DNA of 64,000 bases, taken from contig OX638151.1 of assembly GCA_951804945.1 (NCBI GenBank), positions 75,578,001-75,642,000 of the forward strand. The letters are read 5' to 3'. The DNA is from Podarcis cretensis. Its lineage: Eukaryota. Under the pieces are notes generated by a model. It was not told where the DNA came from. It saw only the letters and a list, made by a program, of their open reading frames with translations, and did no database searches. This document shows, one piece after another, positions 1 to 12,466 of this stretch; the first letter of the stretch is position 1, and each line of letters starts with the position of its first letter. A program made the translations under genes and the position numbers.

Positions 1-59
1 AAGGAGGGCAAGTGGGCACCCTATCAAATGACAGGGCAGGAGCCACACAGAGCAGGGCC

Positions 60-290
60 TTTTCACTGGTGGTGCTGGGCCTGAGTTGCCCTGCCCTTGC
101 ATGAAGTCTTGGGTTTGCAATTTTGGGAGAGGGGAGACTGCGGCACTGGGGAGATGGCAGGCTGGTGAGGCCCCTTAGATATAGAGGCCCAAGTTGCCCT
201 GCCCTCGCATGAAGTCTTGGGTTTGCAATTTTGGGAGTGGGGAGGTTGCCTGCTGGAGCAGGCTGGCAAGGCCCCCTAGATTTAGAGGCC
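60..290. repeat. Imperfect tandem duplication, unit about 108 bp
   Basis: AGTTGCCCTGCCCTyGCATGAAGTCTTGGGTTTGCAATTTTGGGAG occurs at about 84 and about 192, and the following sequence is also similar. Probably internal to a non-autonomous DNA element. Confidence 0.7.
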
Positions 291-534
291 GTAGGATTCA
301 GCCGACTTAGCCTATACATAAATCCGGCACTGGGTACACGTGGCTTCAAGTGGTGGGTCAGGAACCACTGCAGGTCATGGCCTCATCCAAGATGGGTTGC
401 AATAGCAGCACTGCCACCATGCAAACATATGGTAAACAAAATGAAGAATTAGGTTGCCCAGTTAAATGTTGGGGTGCAAGGTGGCTCTTAAAAGGATGGA
501 GACAACTGTTCTAGTGCAGCTGATAATCAGTGTG

Positions 535-715
535 GCATAATGGATGTTCAAATCTCCAAATAGCCATGAAGTCCACGGGGCAACTGTGGATTTCTCAGCA
601 GGAATCACCTCACAAGGTTGTTGTGAGAATAAAATAGGGCAATGGGAAAGAAACATGGATGTTATCTTGAGCTCCTTGCAGGGTAGGTGAGATATAAATG
701 CATTAAAAAAATTTA
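535..715 (+). mobile_element. Degenerate tRNA/CORE-type squamate SINE (Squam3-like)
   Basis: B-box-like GTTCAAAT, then AGCCATGAAG, CCTCACAAGGTTGTTGTGAGAATAAAAT, TTGAGCTCCTTG and ATATAAATG. Similar copies at about 11240-12500, 33385-33560, 39700-39905 (-) and 55290-55490 (-). Confidence 0.55.
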
Positions 716-2424
716 GGTGATCACCTGGCAGCTTTTCCTGGCTTACTTCATCAGGATGCAATCCTAAAACTACACTTACAAAGTGGGGACTTACTTCACA
801 GTTGCATTGTTAGACATTGAAAAGGCCCTCTATTTTGTTCTGAAGGAGCATTTTAATGACAGATTTCCTTTTAAAACAGGGTTGGCCTTTGAGTAAGATT
901 CTTTTTCCTTGCAGGGGTGGGGGAAGGAGGAAGGGCTATCACAACAAAGGTCTTTCCAACGACAACAGGAAAAACATAGAGAAAGGGGAGAGAATGATGT
1001 TTAAGGATGTGCGCCAGTGACGGAATGGAGAGAGAGACTGGGGACTGGGAGGAAGAGGAAAGACAGGCCCAAAGAGCAAAAGAGATGAAGGGTTTCTGGA
1101 AGCAACTGTTGTTTTAAGAGATGGCACTGATAGGCACAGAAGAGGCTGTGGGGCTGGCCACTGACCTTTCGGGAGACTCAGGTTACCGCAGCTGTCAATC
1201 TTAAACAATGGCAGAGCTGGCTCCCTCTTCCATAGGCTAGTGATTCCCAAATCGTATCTGGGGCATGCTGCTAAATACGTCACAATAGGGGCTGAAGTAG
1301 AATGTGGGAACATGGCACCATGTTGGACGCCTCCACCTAGGGGTGGCCAGATGCAAATGAGGACAGGGCTCCTCCATGCTTGATAGTTGTGTAGAAAAGG
1401 CCATTTCAGCAAATGTTGCTTGCATGACAAGCTCCACTTGTAGAAATATCCTCTTGTAAGGGTGGTGAGCCTGTGGCTGTCCATAAGCTGCTGAACTTCA
1501 GCTCCTTTCATTCCTGACCAATGGCCATGCTGGCTGGAGCTGTTGGAATGTGGAGCCTAACAACATTTGGAGAGCCACTAGCTCCCCACACTTAAACTGA
1601 AGGTGCAGCAGCACGTTCCTCTCCTCCACCCACCTGGTCAGCCTAAATCCATCACTCCACCTTGACTGAAGTGGTGAGGTTCTATGCAGCATTGATTCCT
1701 GCCTCTTATTAGGAAGGCAGGAAGGTCAACAGTAGGTGGCACCAGAGCCAAGGATTCCAACAGCTGGTGGAACCCAAGCCAGTAGGTGGAGCCAGAACGA
1801 ATCACCAACTAGTTCTAGCTTTCTCCTCCTCCTGCTTGCTGAGTTCCATAATTACAACACTGAAGATAAGTAAGGAGAAGGTGGTAGATGGTGCCATCCC
1901 CTGGACTGGTTAAAAGAATATGGGCAAGAGGTTGTGGGCTGGCTGATGGCAAGCTGAGCTTGGTGGACCTGTCCTCCATTTGCCCTAATGGACTAGCCTT
2001 CACTGTTTCTAGAGGGTGAGTCTTTCAAATGCGGCCTCGTGGAACATGTGTACTCTGTATCCATGGGGCTTCTTTTAAAGGACTCACCCTGTATATGGGC
2101 AGCAACATTGTCCTATGTGAGAGAGTATGGACTAGGGTTCCCTAATGGAGCCTGCATTTTAACTGAGGTGTAAGCAGGAACCTTGATTTTTCACTTCTGC
2201 CCAGAAAGCAGAGTGCCATCCTTTAGAACTGTCTGACTGCGAAATGGCAAAAAACAGATCAGAAGATAAGATTAAGAGAGCTCTCCCCCAATTGCAAATG
2301 TCTCCCTGTTTGGCTGTCCGCTGCTCTCTAATCTGTTTTTTCCAAATATGACAATATATGATAGAGAACGTGGTGGAGGTAGCTGCAGATCTGCAAGGAG
2401 AGGAGTCGGTCTCTTAAAGCCAAT

Positions 2425-2712
2425 ATGGTGGGTGTTCTAGTAACTATAGTTTTGGGAGGTGTAGCCAGCTTGGCAGTGGCCACGATTGCTGTTCCAGCAG
2501 CACTGGGAGCAGTGGGTTTCACTGGAGCTGGAATTGCAGCTGGCTCTCTGGCTGCAAAAATGATGTCAGCAGCGGCCGGCACCAATGGTGGAGGAGTAGC
2601 AGCTGGGAGCGCTGTTGCCGCGCTTCAGGCAATCGGTGCTACTGGGCTGTCCGCTGCTACCACAGCTGCAGTGACAGATGGTGGAGCACTCTTGGCTGCC
2701 ATCTTCCCTTAA
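2425..2712 (+). CDS. IFI27/IFI27L2-like (ISG12 family) small hydrophobic protein, 95 aa, single exon (putative retrogene)
   Basis: Contains the ISG12 signature GFTGAGIAAGSLAAKMMSAAA..NGGGVAAGS.VA.LQ.IGA.GLS. Start context gccaatATGG is good, the ORF is intact with a TAA stop, and there are no introns. Confidence 0.9.
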   Translation: MVGVLVTIVLGGVASLAVATIAVPAALGAVGFTGAGIAAGSLAAKMMSAAAGTNGGGVAAGSAVAALQAIGATGLSAATTAAVTDGGALLAAIFP

Positions 2713-5700
2713 GAAGAAGACACACATACACAGAGGCCATATCTACTTGGAAAAGCAGTACTTGGAAAATTATGCTTTGCCATCGACATAACTCACTTGA
2801 CTTACCTTAAGTAAAATGTGATTTTAACCAATGCTACGTTATTCCTACTGGAAAAAAATGTGAAAAACAAATATAGCTTTGAGAATTAAACAAAAAAAAT
2901 TTTGACAATATACAGAAAATAGATACCAGATAAAATGCAACAATAAAAAGGACTAAATAAAACAACTTAAAATAAAACCACACCAGAAGACTTGCAGCCT
3001 ATTCATCACATATTAAAGTTACAAAACCCATTAATTTTCAAAGGGTCTGTTCATCAGAATAATGGTAAAACAAAATACAGCAACCTGCAAGAGATGTCTT
3101 TTTTGTTGTTGTTCAGTGGAAGAGGGAAGACTGCCTCCAGATGATTCCGGGTGAAGCGGGGGGGGGGGGAGGATAGTGTGTGAAAACCCCCATATAAGAA
3201 GTTTGGGAAAGGTTCCCAGTTTTTTTTTCTGGCAAGAGTTCTTAGGCTTTTAACACCTGTGTGGCAAACAGATATTCAAGAGGTTCCTCAATCACTTTAT
3301 CTGCATGCCGAGAAAATCCACAACTGCAGGATAGCTACATGTTCCTCCCATAAATAAACAAATTTGAACAAATGAATGAATCATAGAAGAGCAGCAACAA
3401 AGTAAGTATGTTATTTGACTGCAAAGCAAACACCTCCAGGTGATTTCATCAAATGGCCTAAACTACATGGAGCTTGTCCAAGCCTGGAATTTAGAAGTGC
3501 ATGTTCTGATGTTGTGCCATATTTCTGATATGATCTGTAATCTGTTGTGTTCTGTAATTAGGTGTTGAGGCTGTAATGCTTCAGAAATGGTTAGAGTCAT
3601 AGAATGGTCCACAGCACTTTCCAAAGTCTAAATACTTGATTATAAGTTGCATTGGGTTACCTTGGGCAAGATAAAAGCATAAATATTATTTAAAAAATAA
3701 TAATAAAAGCAGCTAACGTATTGTATAAATATTAAACACAGCAGCTAGCTAAACTGAAATGTTCAACCTCCCTTTCAAAGCACCACACATATCATTAGAT
3801 TACTGCTACCATGATACCTTATAGGGATGATGGAAGGACTATTTAGATAATATAGTGAACATTTTGGACACTTTATAAAAAGGATGCAACTGCCAAGGGT
3901 TGCTAGTAAAAGCATTAAGAGCCATTAATTTCCACTGAGTTAATTCCAAATGCTATGGTTTAACCATTTCCAGATCAGAGCCCAAAAGAGAAAGTGGGCC
4001 ACTTTTAATGTTAGATGTATAACTGTCAACTAGATGAGAGTAAGCAGAGAGATGGTACAGAAAGATAATAAATCCCAGACACACTGTGCTTTATTTCTAA
4101 AAGAGAGCTGCCGAATATCCAGTTTTTAAGGCAACCTCCAGTTAAAACTTTCTCCTAATGGAATGATTGTTTTGGGGTTATAGATGAGAGATGCTGTTCA
4201 TTGTTTTAATCGCATGTTGTTTTTATATTCAACCTGCAACCTTCTGGCAAAGGGTAAGAAAAATAAAATGATGACGAAGCTAGACTAAAAACTGATATTT
4301 TAAAATGACTCTGAACATTTAGAAAATATATTTCTAAAATATCCATTCTAATTCTCCCAGGGCGCCATTAAATGAAGGCACAGTATCCATTATTTTGTTT
4401 CCCATATTTCCATTATCATGGGGGCATCTCTACAGTATTTTCCATATCAGGTATCAATATATCTTGGGACATGTTATTCACACACATACAGTATTTGATC
4501 AACCTAACTCTCACTTATTTGGTCTGTTTTCAGAAGGGGACTTGGTGTATAATGGTCACAATTACTGGCTGTATGAGAATTTTGCAAATTAGTGTGTGAG
4601 CATGTGGTCACAATGTGGGGGAACGGCCTGTGAAATCATGTGTTTGGGTGCATTATTAGAAACCTAACCTGCATCTCCCCACCAGTTTCTGTAAGGTCTC
4701 AGTCTGGACATTTAGGCAAGCAGAAATGGTGAAAACTCTGAACTTTGTGGGTCCTCAGCTTTCAAAAATAGTTGGAGCAATGTGACTCTTTGTGGCTTGT
4801 GGGAGAAAAATGTGTGCAGACAGTTACGTTTTGACAGCTTAAGTGAATCATTCTATGATTACGCAGCTCTGCAGAGGAAAGTATGTAAACCTAAGGAAGT
4901 ATTTTGAAAAGGATATAAAATTACATTTTTTCTTTCTTAATTTTTATAGTTTCAGTTCATTTCACATTGTCGTAAACCTTATAACTAGAGGTTGGTTAGG
5001 ACCATCTCTGATTAGGTCTATGGGAGAGATGAAAGAAAAGATACTGCTTAAATTAGAACAAAAATTATTTATTTTTATATTTGAATTCAGCTCATCCTTC
5101 AGGTACTGATAGTGAAAACATGGTACCTTCCTATTTGTCTTATTGTGAAGCACTTCTGAAAAAAGGAGAAAACTAAAATCCTTTACACATGGACTATTTC
5201 ACTGTGTATACCAGCGACACAGAATCAGCTTTATTAAATTGACATATGGTATTCTGGTTTAAAAGGCTGCATAATGGACAAAGGGGATGATTGACCCCTG
5301 GGGATTGTCCTGCCCTCGATAAACATACCTATGTATACCTGACCTGGTCAACATGGGCAGGTTGTCATCATTAGTGTTTGCATGCTGTATGCTAGTTAAT
5401 TCTTTCTTGGCTGGCTTCCCTCACTGGATGTCAACAAGGCTCTGTCAAACAGCAGCACCCGAGGCTGCCATTGGGCTAATGCTTGGTCACTTACCATTGG
5501 GCGCCTAGTGTTTCCCCATTGCTCCAAGTTGTTGAATACAGGATCTTCAACCAACTTCAAACTGTAGTTTAGGATCCTGTTATTTCCTGGTTTGGATGAA
5601 ACTGGGAACTATTGTAATAAGAGACTTCCTGGTTTAAAATCATGACCACAGAAAGGGGTTGCTTGCATGAGCTTGTCCATGTCTCAGCTTGTTATGATAC

Positions 5701-5730
5701 AATTGTATGAAGTGGGCTGCGTAACAGTTT

Positions 5731-5845
5731 AGAATCATAGAATCATAGAATCATAGAGTTGGAAGAGACCACAAGGGCCATCGAGTCCAACCCCCTGCCA
5801 AGCAGGAAACACCATCAGAGCACTCCTGACATATGGTTGTCAAGT
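5731..5845 (-). mobile_element. CR1 LINE 3' end fragment
   Basis: (AGAATCAT)x3 tail followed by AGAGTTGGAAGAGACC...GTCCAACCCCCTGCC, the reverse complement of the typical CR1 3' terminus. Confidence 0.75.
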
Positions 5846-7018
5846 TTAGTGCGGTCTAGAATTTCTTTCTGGTGTTATGTGGTGTTACTGACTACTTTTC
5901 CACCAATGGTATTATTCTTACAGATTTCATGGGGTTTTAAGAAATATTTGAATGCTGAATATCACCTTGAGCGATTCATACACTTTAAAGCTAAATAAAT
6001 GTTTCACCTTCTTAATTCTATATACACTGGAAGCAAACCACCAGCAGCACAAAGAAATAGGCTATAACACTACGCAAGTGGTATGTTTTATGTTTCCTTA
6101 ATGCAAGTGTGTTATACAAACACACACACTTTCAGAAGTGGATAAAGGAGAAGTGAAATTTGTTGCTGGGATATTATTTTCTCTCATGTAATGTGATAGA
6201 TTGTTGCTAGTGAATATCCTTGTTACTTTTGAATTCTGCCTAGAGAAAAATCCAAAATAGACACCAGGACGCTACATGCAAGTGTGTGCTCTGTTTGTTT
6301 GGGGGATTTTGTGTTTGAAAATATCCTTTGATCAGGCTGCTGTGCCGGAACTGTTTCCCTGAGCTATGTGATAAGGTATAGCCCCTTGGTAACTCTGTTT
6401 TGTGAGAGCAAGACAGGTTAATTGGGCTTGGCTATACCGATGAGTCTTTCAAGTCATGTAAAATGAGACCTGCACAGAGCTTATCACAGGTAGATAGCCA
6501 TTAATATTCCTTGTTCTGTCTACGGGAAGAGAAAGGAAGTTGTTTGTTTTGAATGTTTCCAAAGGGATCCAACAAAGGACACAAAGGGGAAACTCTCCAT
6601 GCCTGGGAGACAGGGCAGCCATACAATGAATGAAAAGGCAGCTTCCTCTTGCTAGAACTGATCGTACGGATGAAAGATTTGGAACTGCAACTGCATCACT
6701 GCTTTACAAAAGGACTAAACTGTTGCATTCATGCCATGAAAGATTAAAACACATAATAAATTTCACATATGATCTCAGAGGAAATCTTAGTCAAACTATT
6801 TCTCTTAGCAGATGGTTTTCTTGAGCTGAACCATAAAATTCCTTTTCTCTTTTATACAAAAGTAATCATATTTGGGCTCATTCTTTCACCACCACTAGAC
6901 AAGCGTGTGTGTTGCTGACACAAAACATATCTGTGGAGATTTAGGGTATTGTATAAGACAAGGCATTATGTGAGACAAAGATAGCCAACATGGCCAGGTG
7001 CAGTCCTTGGAGTGTGTA

Positions 7019-7363
7019 AAGGTAAAGGGACCCCTGACCATTAGGTCCAGTCGTGGCCGACTCTGGGGTTACGGCACTCATCTCACTTTATTGGCTGAGG
7101 GAGCTGGCATACAGCTTCTGGGTCATGTGGCCAGCATGACTAAGCCGCTTTTGGCGAACCAGAGCAGCGTACGGAAATGTAGTTTACCTTCCCGCTGGAG
7201 CGTTACCTATTTATCTACTTTGACGTGCTTTTGAACTGCTAAGTTGGCAGGAGCTGGGACCGAGCAACGGGAGCTCACCCTGTCACGGGGATTTGAACCG
7301 CCAACCTTCTAATCTTCAAGTCCTAGGCTCTGTGGTTTAACCCACAGCGCCATCTGCTTCCCT
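7019..7363 (-). mobile_element. Sauria SINE, full length
   Basis: AAAGGTAAAGG (ACCTTT tail on the minus strand) and a tRNA-derived head. Flanked by TSD GGAGTGTGTA (7009-7018 / 7365-7374). Confidence 0.9.
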
Positions 7364-7475
7364 GGGAGTGTGTAGTCCACCACAGTTGGAGGGCACCACA
7401 CTGGCCATGGCAGAAATAAGACTTTCCCAATCACAGACACACAGAAGAGGCTTTTAACACCTAGTCTGTCTATAC

Positions 7476-7733
7476 CATGAGTAGGCAAACTAAGGCCCAG
7501 GGGCCAGATCTGAACCAATCGCCTTCTCAATCTGGCCCGCAGACAGTCTGGGAATCAGCGTGTTTTTACATGAGTAGAATGTGTGCTTTTATTTAAAATA
7601 CATCTCTGGGTTATTTGTGGGGCATAGGAATTCATTCAATTCCCCCCCCCCCAAAAAAAAATATAGTCCAGCACCCCACAAGGTCTGAGGGACAGTGGAC
7701 CAGCCCTCTGCTGAAAAAGTTTACTGACCCCTG
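7476..7733. mobile_element. hAT-type MITE
   Basis: Imperfect TIRs CATGAGTAGGCAAACT...AGTTTACTGACCCCTG, with perfect 8-bp TSD GTCTATAC (7468-7475 / 7734-7741). Same family as 10422-10749. Confidence 0.85.
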
Positions 7734-7741
7734 GTCTATAC

Positions 7742-7864
7742 TAAGGTTACCACGTTTTCTTCAATGAATCCAGGGTCACTTTTCAACTTCAATAGATTTT
7801 GTATGGGGACTGATTTGTAAATCCGGTGACTATCCCCGGGAAACGGGGATGTCTGGTAACCTAG
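7742..7864. mobile_element. Short hAT-type MITE (TAAGGTTACCA...TGGTAACCTAG)
   Basis: Terminal inverted repeats, flanked by GTCTATAC and GTCTATGC (7865-7872). Confidence 0.65.
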
Positions 7865-8076
7865 GTCTATGCTAGGTTCCGATTGGTCCACAAGTGACCC
7901 AGCTCTTTGCTGACTTCAAGCAAATCTATCCCAGCTTCATGTCTCCAATTGTAAAATGTTAATAATTGTGATTTACTTCCTAGTTTTGTTGAGAGAAACA
8001 AAACAAATAACAATCCTGAAACAATGGGAGTGGGGAGGAAGTCTTAAAAGCTATATGTTTTGAGGCAATGAATTAA

Positions 8077-8128
8077 CAGGGGATTGGATTAGATGACCCT
8101 TGGGGTCCCTTCCAACTTTACAATTCTA
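8077..8128 (+). mobile_element. CR1 3' terminal fragment
   Basis: GGGGATTGGATTAGATGACCCTTGGGGTCCCTTCCAACTTTACAATTCTA. Confidence 0.65.
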
Positions 8129-9529
8129 ATTGTTTTCTAGAGCCAGCCTGTTTCACAAATACAAATTCTGAATTCCCATTCTCCAAGAGCACCTGATTCT
8201 GCAGCATTTTTGAAGCTAAGCAGATATAAATCAGAGCAGTCCCTTGGAAGGAAGATCACACCAGCCCCATGGAAGAATTAATAGAATAAGTAAGCAGCAT
8301 CAGTCCTTGACTATGGGTGTGGCTTCTTAAAGATCCCATCTCTAATATATGAGCAGCTTGATACTAAGCAAATGTAAGAAAAACTGCTAGCAGGGAAATG
8401 GCTTCCTCCTGTGTCTGAATGTTTACTATGTGGAAGAAGGTTGGAAGGTTTCACATCAGATTTCGGGAGAGCACTTAGTGTCAATTGGAATGCTTGTATT
8501 GTTTGCAAAAGGATAAGAAGTCTGTGGTCAGGGTCAAATACCCTTGGTTTCAACAGATTCCCCCCCCCCCACACACACACCATCCCAAAAACTTGCATAA
8601 CACAAAGCTGTGAACTCATGATAGGAAGATAGGGAAAAGTCACATTTTCCTCCCAGGAAAACCTTTTCTGCGTATGCAAGTGTTTTATAACATGGGCTGG
8701 GTAATGTGCTCAAGGTTGGAGAACAAGAATGTGATTCTAAAGAAATCATGGCTTGTCCTTTTAGCCCTATTCTCCTTTCAAGCATGTGTCAATACTCTCC
8801 ACCACAGCCTTCATCAACTTGGTGCCCTCCAGTTGTTTTGGATCAGCCCCAGCCAGTGCAGCAATTCTAAACATCTGGAAGGCACCAGGTTGGCAGAATC
8901 TGCTTTGCTAAGACATAGCTACAAGGCAGTAACAGAACCGCTACCAGCAAAGTGGCAGATCACAGAGCATACTGTTCCTATACAAAAACTCAAGAGGAAA
9001 AAAACAAGTGGTGTCATATCATCAAGATGCCAACACAGAGAAGGCCATATTTCTAGTAGCTACCCACTCAGCTTCCAAAGATCAGTTCACCCAGAACAAG
9101 GTCACAGATGACCTCAGTGAATGAGCAGGCTCGGATGACAGTTTCATATGGATGCCCCATTAAAGAAATTAACCTTAATCTCAGTTCCCCACCTCCAAAA
9201 CAGGAATAAAAGTGATCCATCAGAGTGGTGTTGAGCATCAATTATTTTTGGAAGCTACATTTGTTTCCGGGATTATTAATGTAAATAACATGCATCTAAA
9301 CATGAATATTAATGTTTTATTAATATCATGTTTTGCACCTTTAAAACTGTTAATCTGGCAATATGCAGACAGACAAGGTGAGCCCTTCCTTACCTGGAGC
9401 TGCAGGTGTGAGCTTTTGTAGGGAACATCAATTATGGCATAAGTGTGTGGGATGAAGGCTCAGCCCTCCATCCAGAATGAGGAGACAAGACTAGTAAACT
9501 CTGAACATCTGGGAGTTTCTGGGGAGTTC

Positions 9530-9683
9530 CACACCATACATTTAAAGCACATGACTTGCACAAAAGAATCCTGGGAACTGTAACCCCCCAATCTACAATT
9601 CCCAGCACCTTAACAAACTACAGTTCCATGGATAGGGGACATCATGTGCTTTAAATGTGTGTTGGATGTGCTTTAAATGTACT
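9530..9683. mobile_element. Palindromic non-autonomous element (TACATTTAAAGCAC...GTGCTTTAAATGT family)
   Basis: Inverted ends, plus internal AAGAATCCTGGGAACTGTA and ACTACAGTTCC arms. Related copies at 50128-50313 and 16118-16277. Confidence 0.65.
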
Positions 9684-10421
9684 GTTTGGATCTGCCTTCT
9701 GTCTTGAGAGGGGCAGGCTGTTACAACCCTTTTAAACACTCTTGGAAAACTCAATGTGAATTAATGTGCGCTAGTGGGAGAAAACCTTTTGCTATTTTTA
9801 AATTAAACATAGCTTTTGACAAACATTTTTTAAAAATCACATACCTTAGCAAAGTTTAATTACTCTTTAATAGTTTACCTTTATATACCACTTCTCTAAG
9901 TAATTCATTTTAACAGCTCTGTTGATAATTACTATTCCAGACACTTACCTTACATTGAAGGTGAAAGAAAACCTGTTCACTCTTGTTTGTCTTACTTATG
10001 TCTTTTGCAAGACCATTCAACAGTTGCATACTTTACACAAATCTCATACATTATCTGAGGAGAAAGGTCCATTTCTTGACACAATCGGTTTATTCCTCAC
10101 AAGGTTTAGATAGCATTTATCTTTAAATGAGCTGCAGTCTTTTGCAAGTTCATCTGATATGTTAACAACCCGTATTGCACTTCAGTAAATATTGTACTTC
10201 AGCAAATATTGTACAATTCACAACAATAAAGGCAAAAATAAAGTCAGTCAACAGACATGATCATTAACATGTTTTTGTCCTGCATACGCACACAGCTGCA
10301 ATCTTATTAGTTCAGAAGGAACAAATCATGAGCAGGAGTATATAAATGGATAAAAGAATAAGTGGTTAATGAGATGTAACACACATTTGCACTCTTTGTA
10401 AGTCAGAAGAATCCTCAAGAG

Positions 10422-10749
10422 CATGGGTAGGCAGACTAAGGCCCGGGGGTTAGATCCGGCCCAATTGCCTTCTAAATCCAGCCTGTGGACAGTCCAGGAA
10501 TCAGTGTGTTTTTACTGTACATGAGTAGAATGTGTCCTTTTATTTAAAATGCATCTCTGGGTTATTTGTGGGGCCTGCCTGGTGTTTTTACATTAGTGGA
10601 ATGTGTGCTTTTATTTAAAAAGCATCTCTGGGTTATTTGTGGGGCATAGGAATTTGTTCATTATTTTTTCCCCAAAATATAGTCCGGCCCCCGACAAGGT
10701 CTGAGGGACAGTGGACCGGCCCCCTGCTGAAAAAGTTTGCTGACCCCTG
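10422..10749. mobile_element. hAT-type MITE with an internal duplication of about 60 bp
   Basis: CATGGGTAGGCAGACT...AGTTTGCTGACCCCTG, with perfect 8-bp TSD CTCAAGAG (10414-10421 / 10750-10757). Confidence 0.85.
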
Positions 10750-11388
10750 CTCAAGAGGCTGTCATTTTTGAGCAAAGGAATTAGGTAACTGAGAAAAAGG
10801 ACTTATTAACCCTTTCAACAGCTATTTTACTGTTCACAACCATTCCCCACACAGGGGGGAAATGAGTACTTACAAGTGTACTATGAGAGGCCTCAGGCCT
10901 TCAAATAGTCTAGGCTTTCCCCAACCTGATGTTTTCTATATATTGTTGATGCATAAATAGGCTGAAATAGGCAAGGGAAACTGGATGAAACTTCCTACCA
11001 TTGACCTCAAGATGGAATCAGAGGCATGGGTAGGATGAACCAGTGCTACACAATGAAAATCCTAATATATTATGACTTTAATATCTAATATAATGTTTAC
11101 AATGTTACTAATCTTTTCAATTCTTTTAAAAATCACTCTTGTGGAATGCCACCTTTCTGAGACGTCTCTGTCCCCAGCACATTTAGGACTATGACCTTCA
11201 CCCTACCACCACCTAGACCACTCAGAATCAATGCAGATGGCGTATATAGTCTAGGACCGGGGAGAGAGGAGTTCAAATCCTCTTTCAGTCATGAAGCTTC
11301 CTGGAAGTCCTTGAGCAAGTCGCCATCTCTCAGACTAACCTGTCATTTGGTGGATAAATGGGGTGGAGGGTGGGCAAACCATATACAT

Positions 11389-12466
11389 CAGGCATGTCCA
11401 AAGTCCATTTTGGGGGCTTAATCTGGCCCGTCGGTCAGTTTAATCTGGCTCCTGTGGCAGTTTATTTCCCGGGGTAAAATCTTAAAAAACAACTTTAATC
11501 CTAAAAAAAGATCAACAACATTGGTTGGCCTTTTTTTTTTCCATAATATTTATTAAAATTTTTAAAACAATAAAAAACATACATAGTAACATAGTATTTT
11601 CCAATATCCACATTTCATTCTCATCCTAGGACTTCCTCACACCTCTTGTTCCTGCATTCTAAACTCATAAATTTTGCTAGCAAATTATTAAATTGATTCC
11701 ATTCATATAATATAATTTCCCAAGATTAAATCTCAAATTTTGGAATTTAAAATCACTCTTTTAGAGACTTAATTATAAAATACTTTTTAACCAAAATTTG
11801 TCTTTTCTTCCAATTACACTTAAATTTGTATTCTTTATAACTAATTTGTTGAAGCCATATTATTACTAATCTTACATCTTTCTTAACATTCATACAATTT
11901 ACAATATTTTTGTAGATAATCCTTAAATTTCTTCCAGTCCTCCTCCACCAGTTCTTCTCCCAGGTCTCGGATTCTGCCAGTCATCTCCGCCAGTTCCATA
12001 TAGTCCATCAGTTGCATCTGCCATTCTTCCAGTGTGGGCAAATATTGAGTTTTCCAGCATTTGGCGATAAGTATCCTTGCTGCTGTCATAGCATACATAA
12101 AGAAAGTTCGATCCTTCTTTTGCACACTCTGGCCGACAATGCCTAAGAAAAAGGCCTCTGGTTTCTTAGGGAAGGTATACTTAAATACCTTTTTCAACTC
12201 ATTATATATCATTTCCCAGAAAACCTTTACCCTAGGGCAAGTCCACCAGAGGTGAAAGAATGTTCCTTCAGCTTCTTTACACTTCCAACATTTATTGTCA
12301 GACAAATGGTATATCTTTGCAAGCTTGACTGGAGTCATGTACCACCTATATATCATTTTCATAATATTTTCTTTCAAGGCAAACATTGGTTGGCCTTTTG
12401 GTCGGCACCCACAGCCCTTCACTTCATCAGATCTGGCCCTCTTTGCAAAAAGTTTGGACACCACTG
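11389..12466. mobile_element. hAT-type MITE split by an L1 insertion
   Basis: CAGGCATGTCCAAA...TTTGGACACCACTG ends, with 8-bp TSD ATATACAT / ATATATAT. Confidence 0.75.
11531..12381 (-). mobile_element. 5'-truncated L1-clade LINE (ORF2 C-terminus, 3' UTR and polyA)
   Basis: The ORF contains the CWKC-x8-H-x4-C zinc-binding motif typical of L1 ORF2. Poly(T) at 11531, TSD AACATTGGTTGGCC (11517-11530 / 12382-12395). Homologous to 53968-55266. Confidence 0.85.

Noticed and set aside
939-1511. 190-aa minus-strand ORF
   Set aside because: No recognisable homology or splice structure, and it begins in a MITE fragment.
2180-2255. Possible ISRE/IRF element upstream of the ISG12 ORF (TTTTCACTTC, GAAATGGCAAAA)
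   Set aside because: Only partial matches to GAAANNGAAA, which are expected by chance in AT-rich DNA.
2328-2585. Antisense ORF overlapping the ISG12 gene
   Set aside because: Shadow frame of the Ala/Gly-rich sense CDS.
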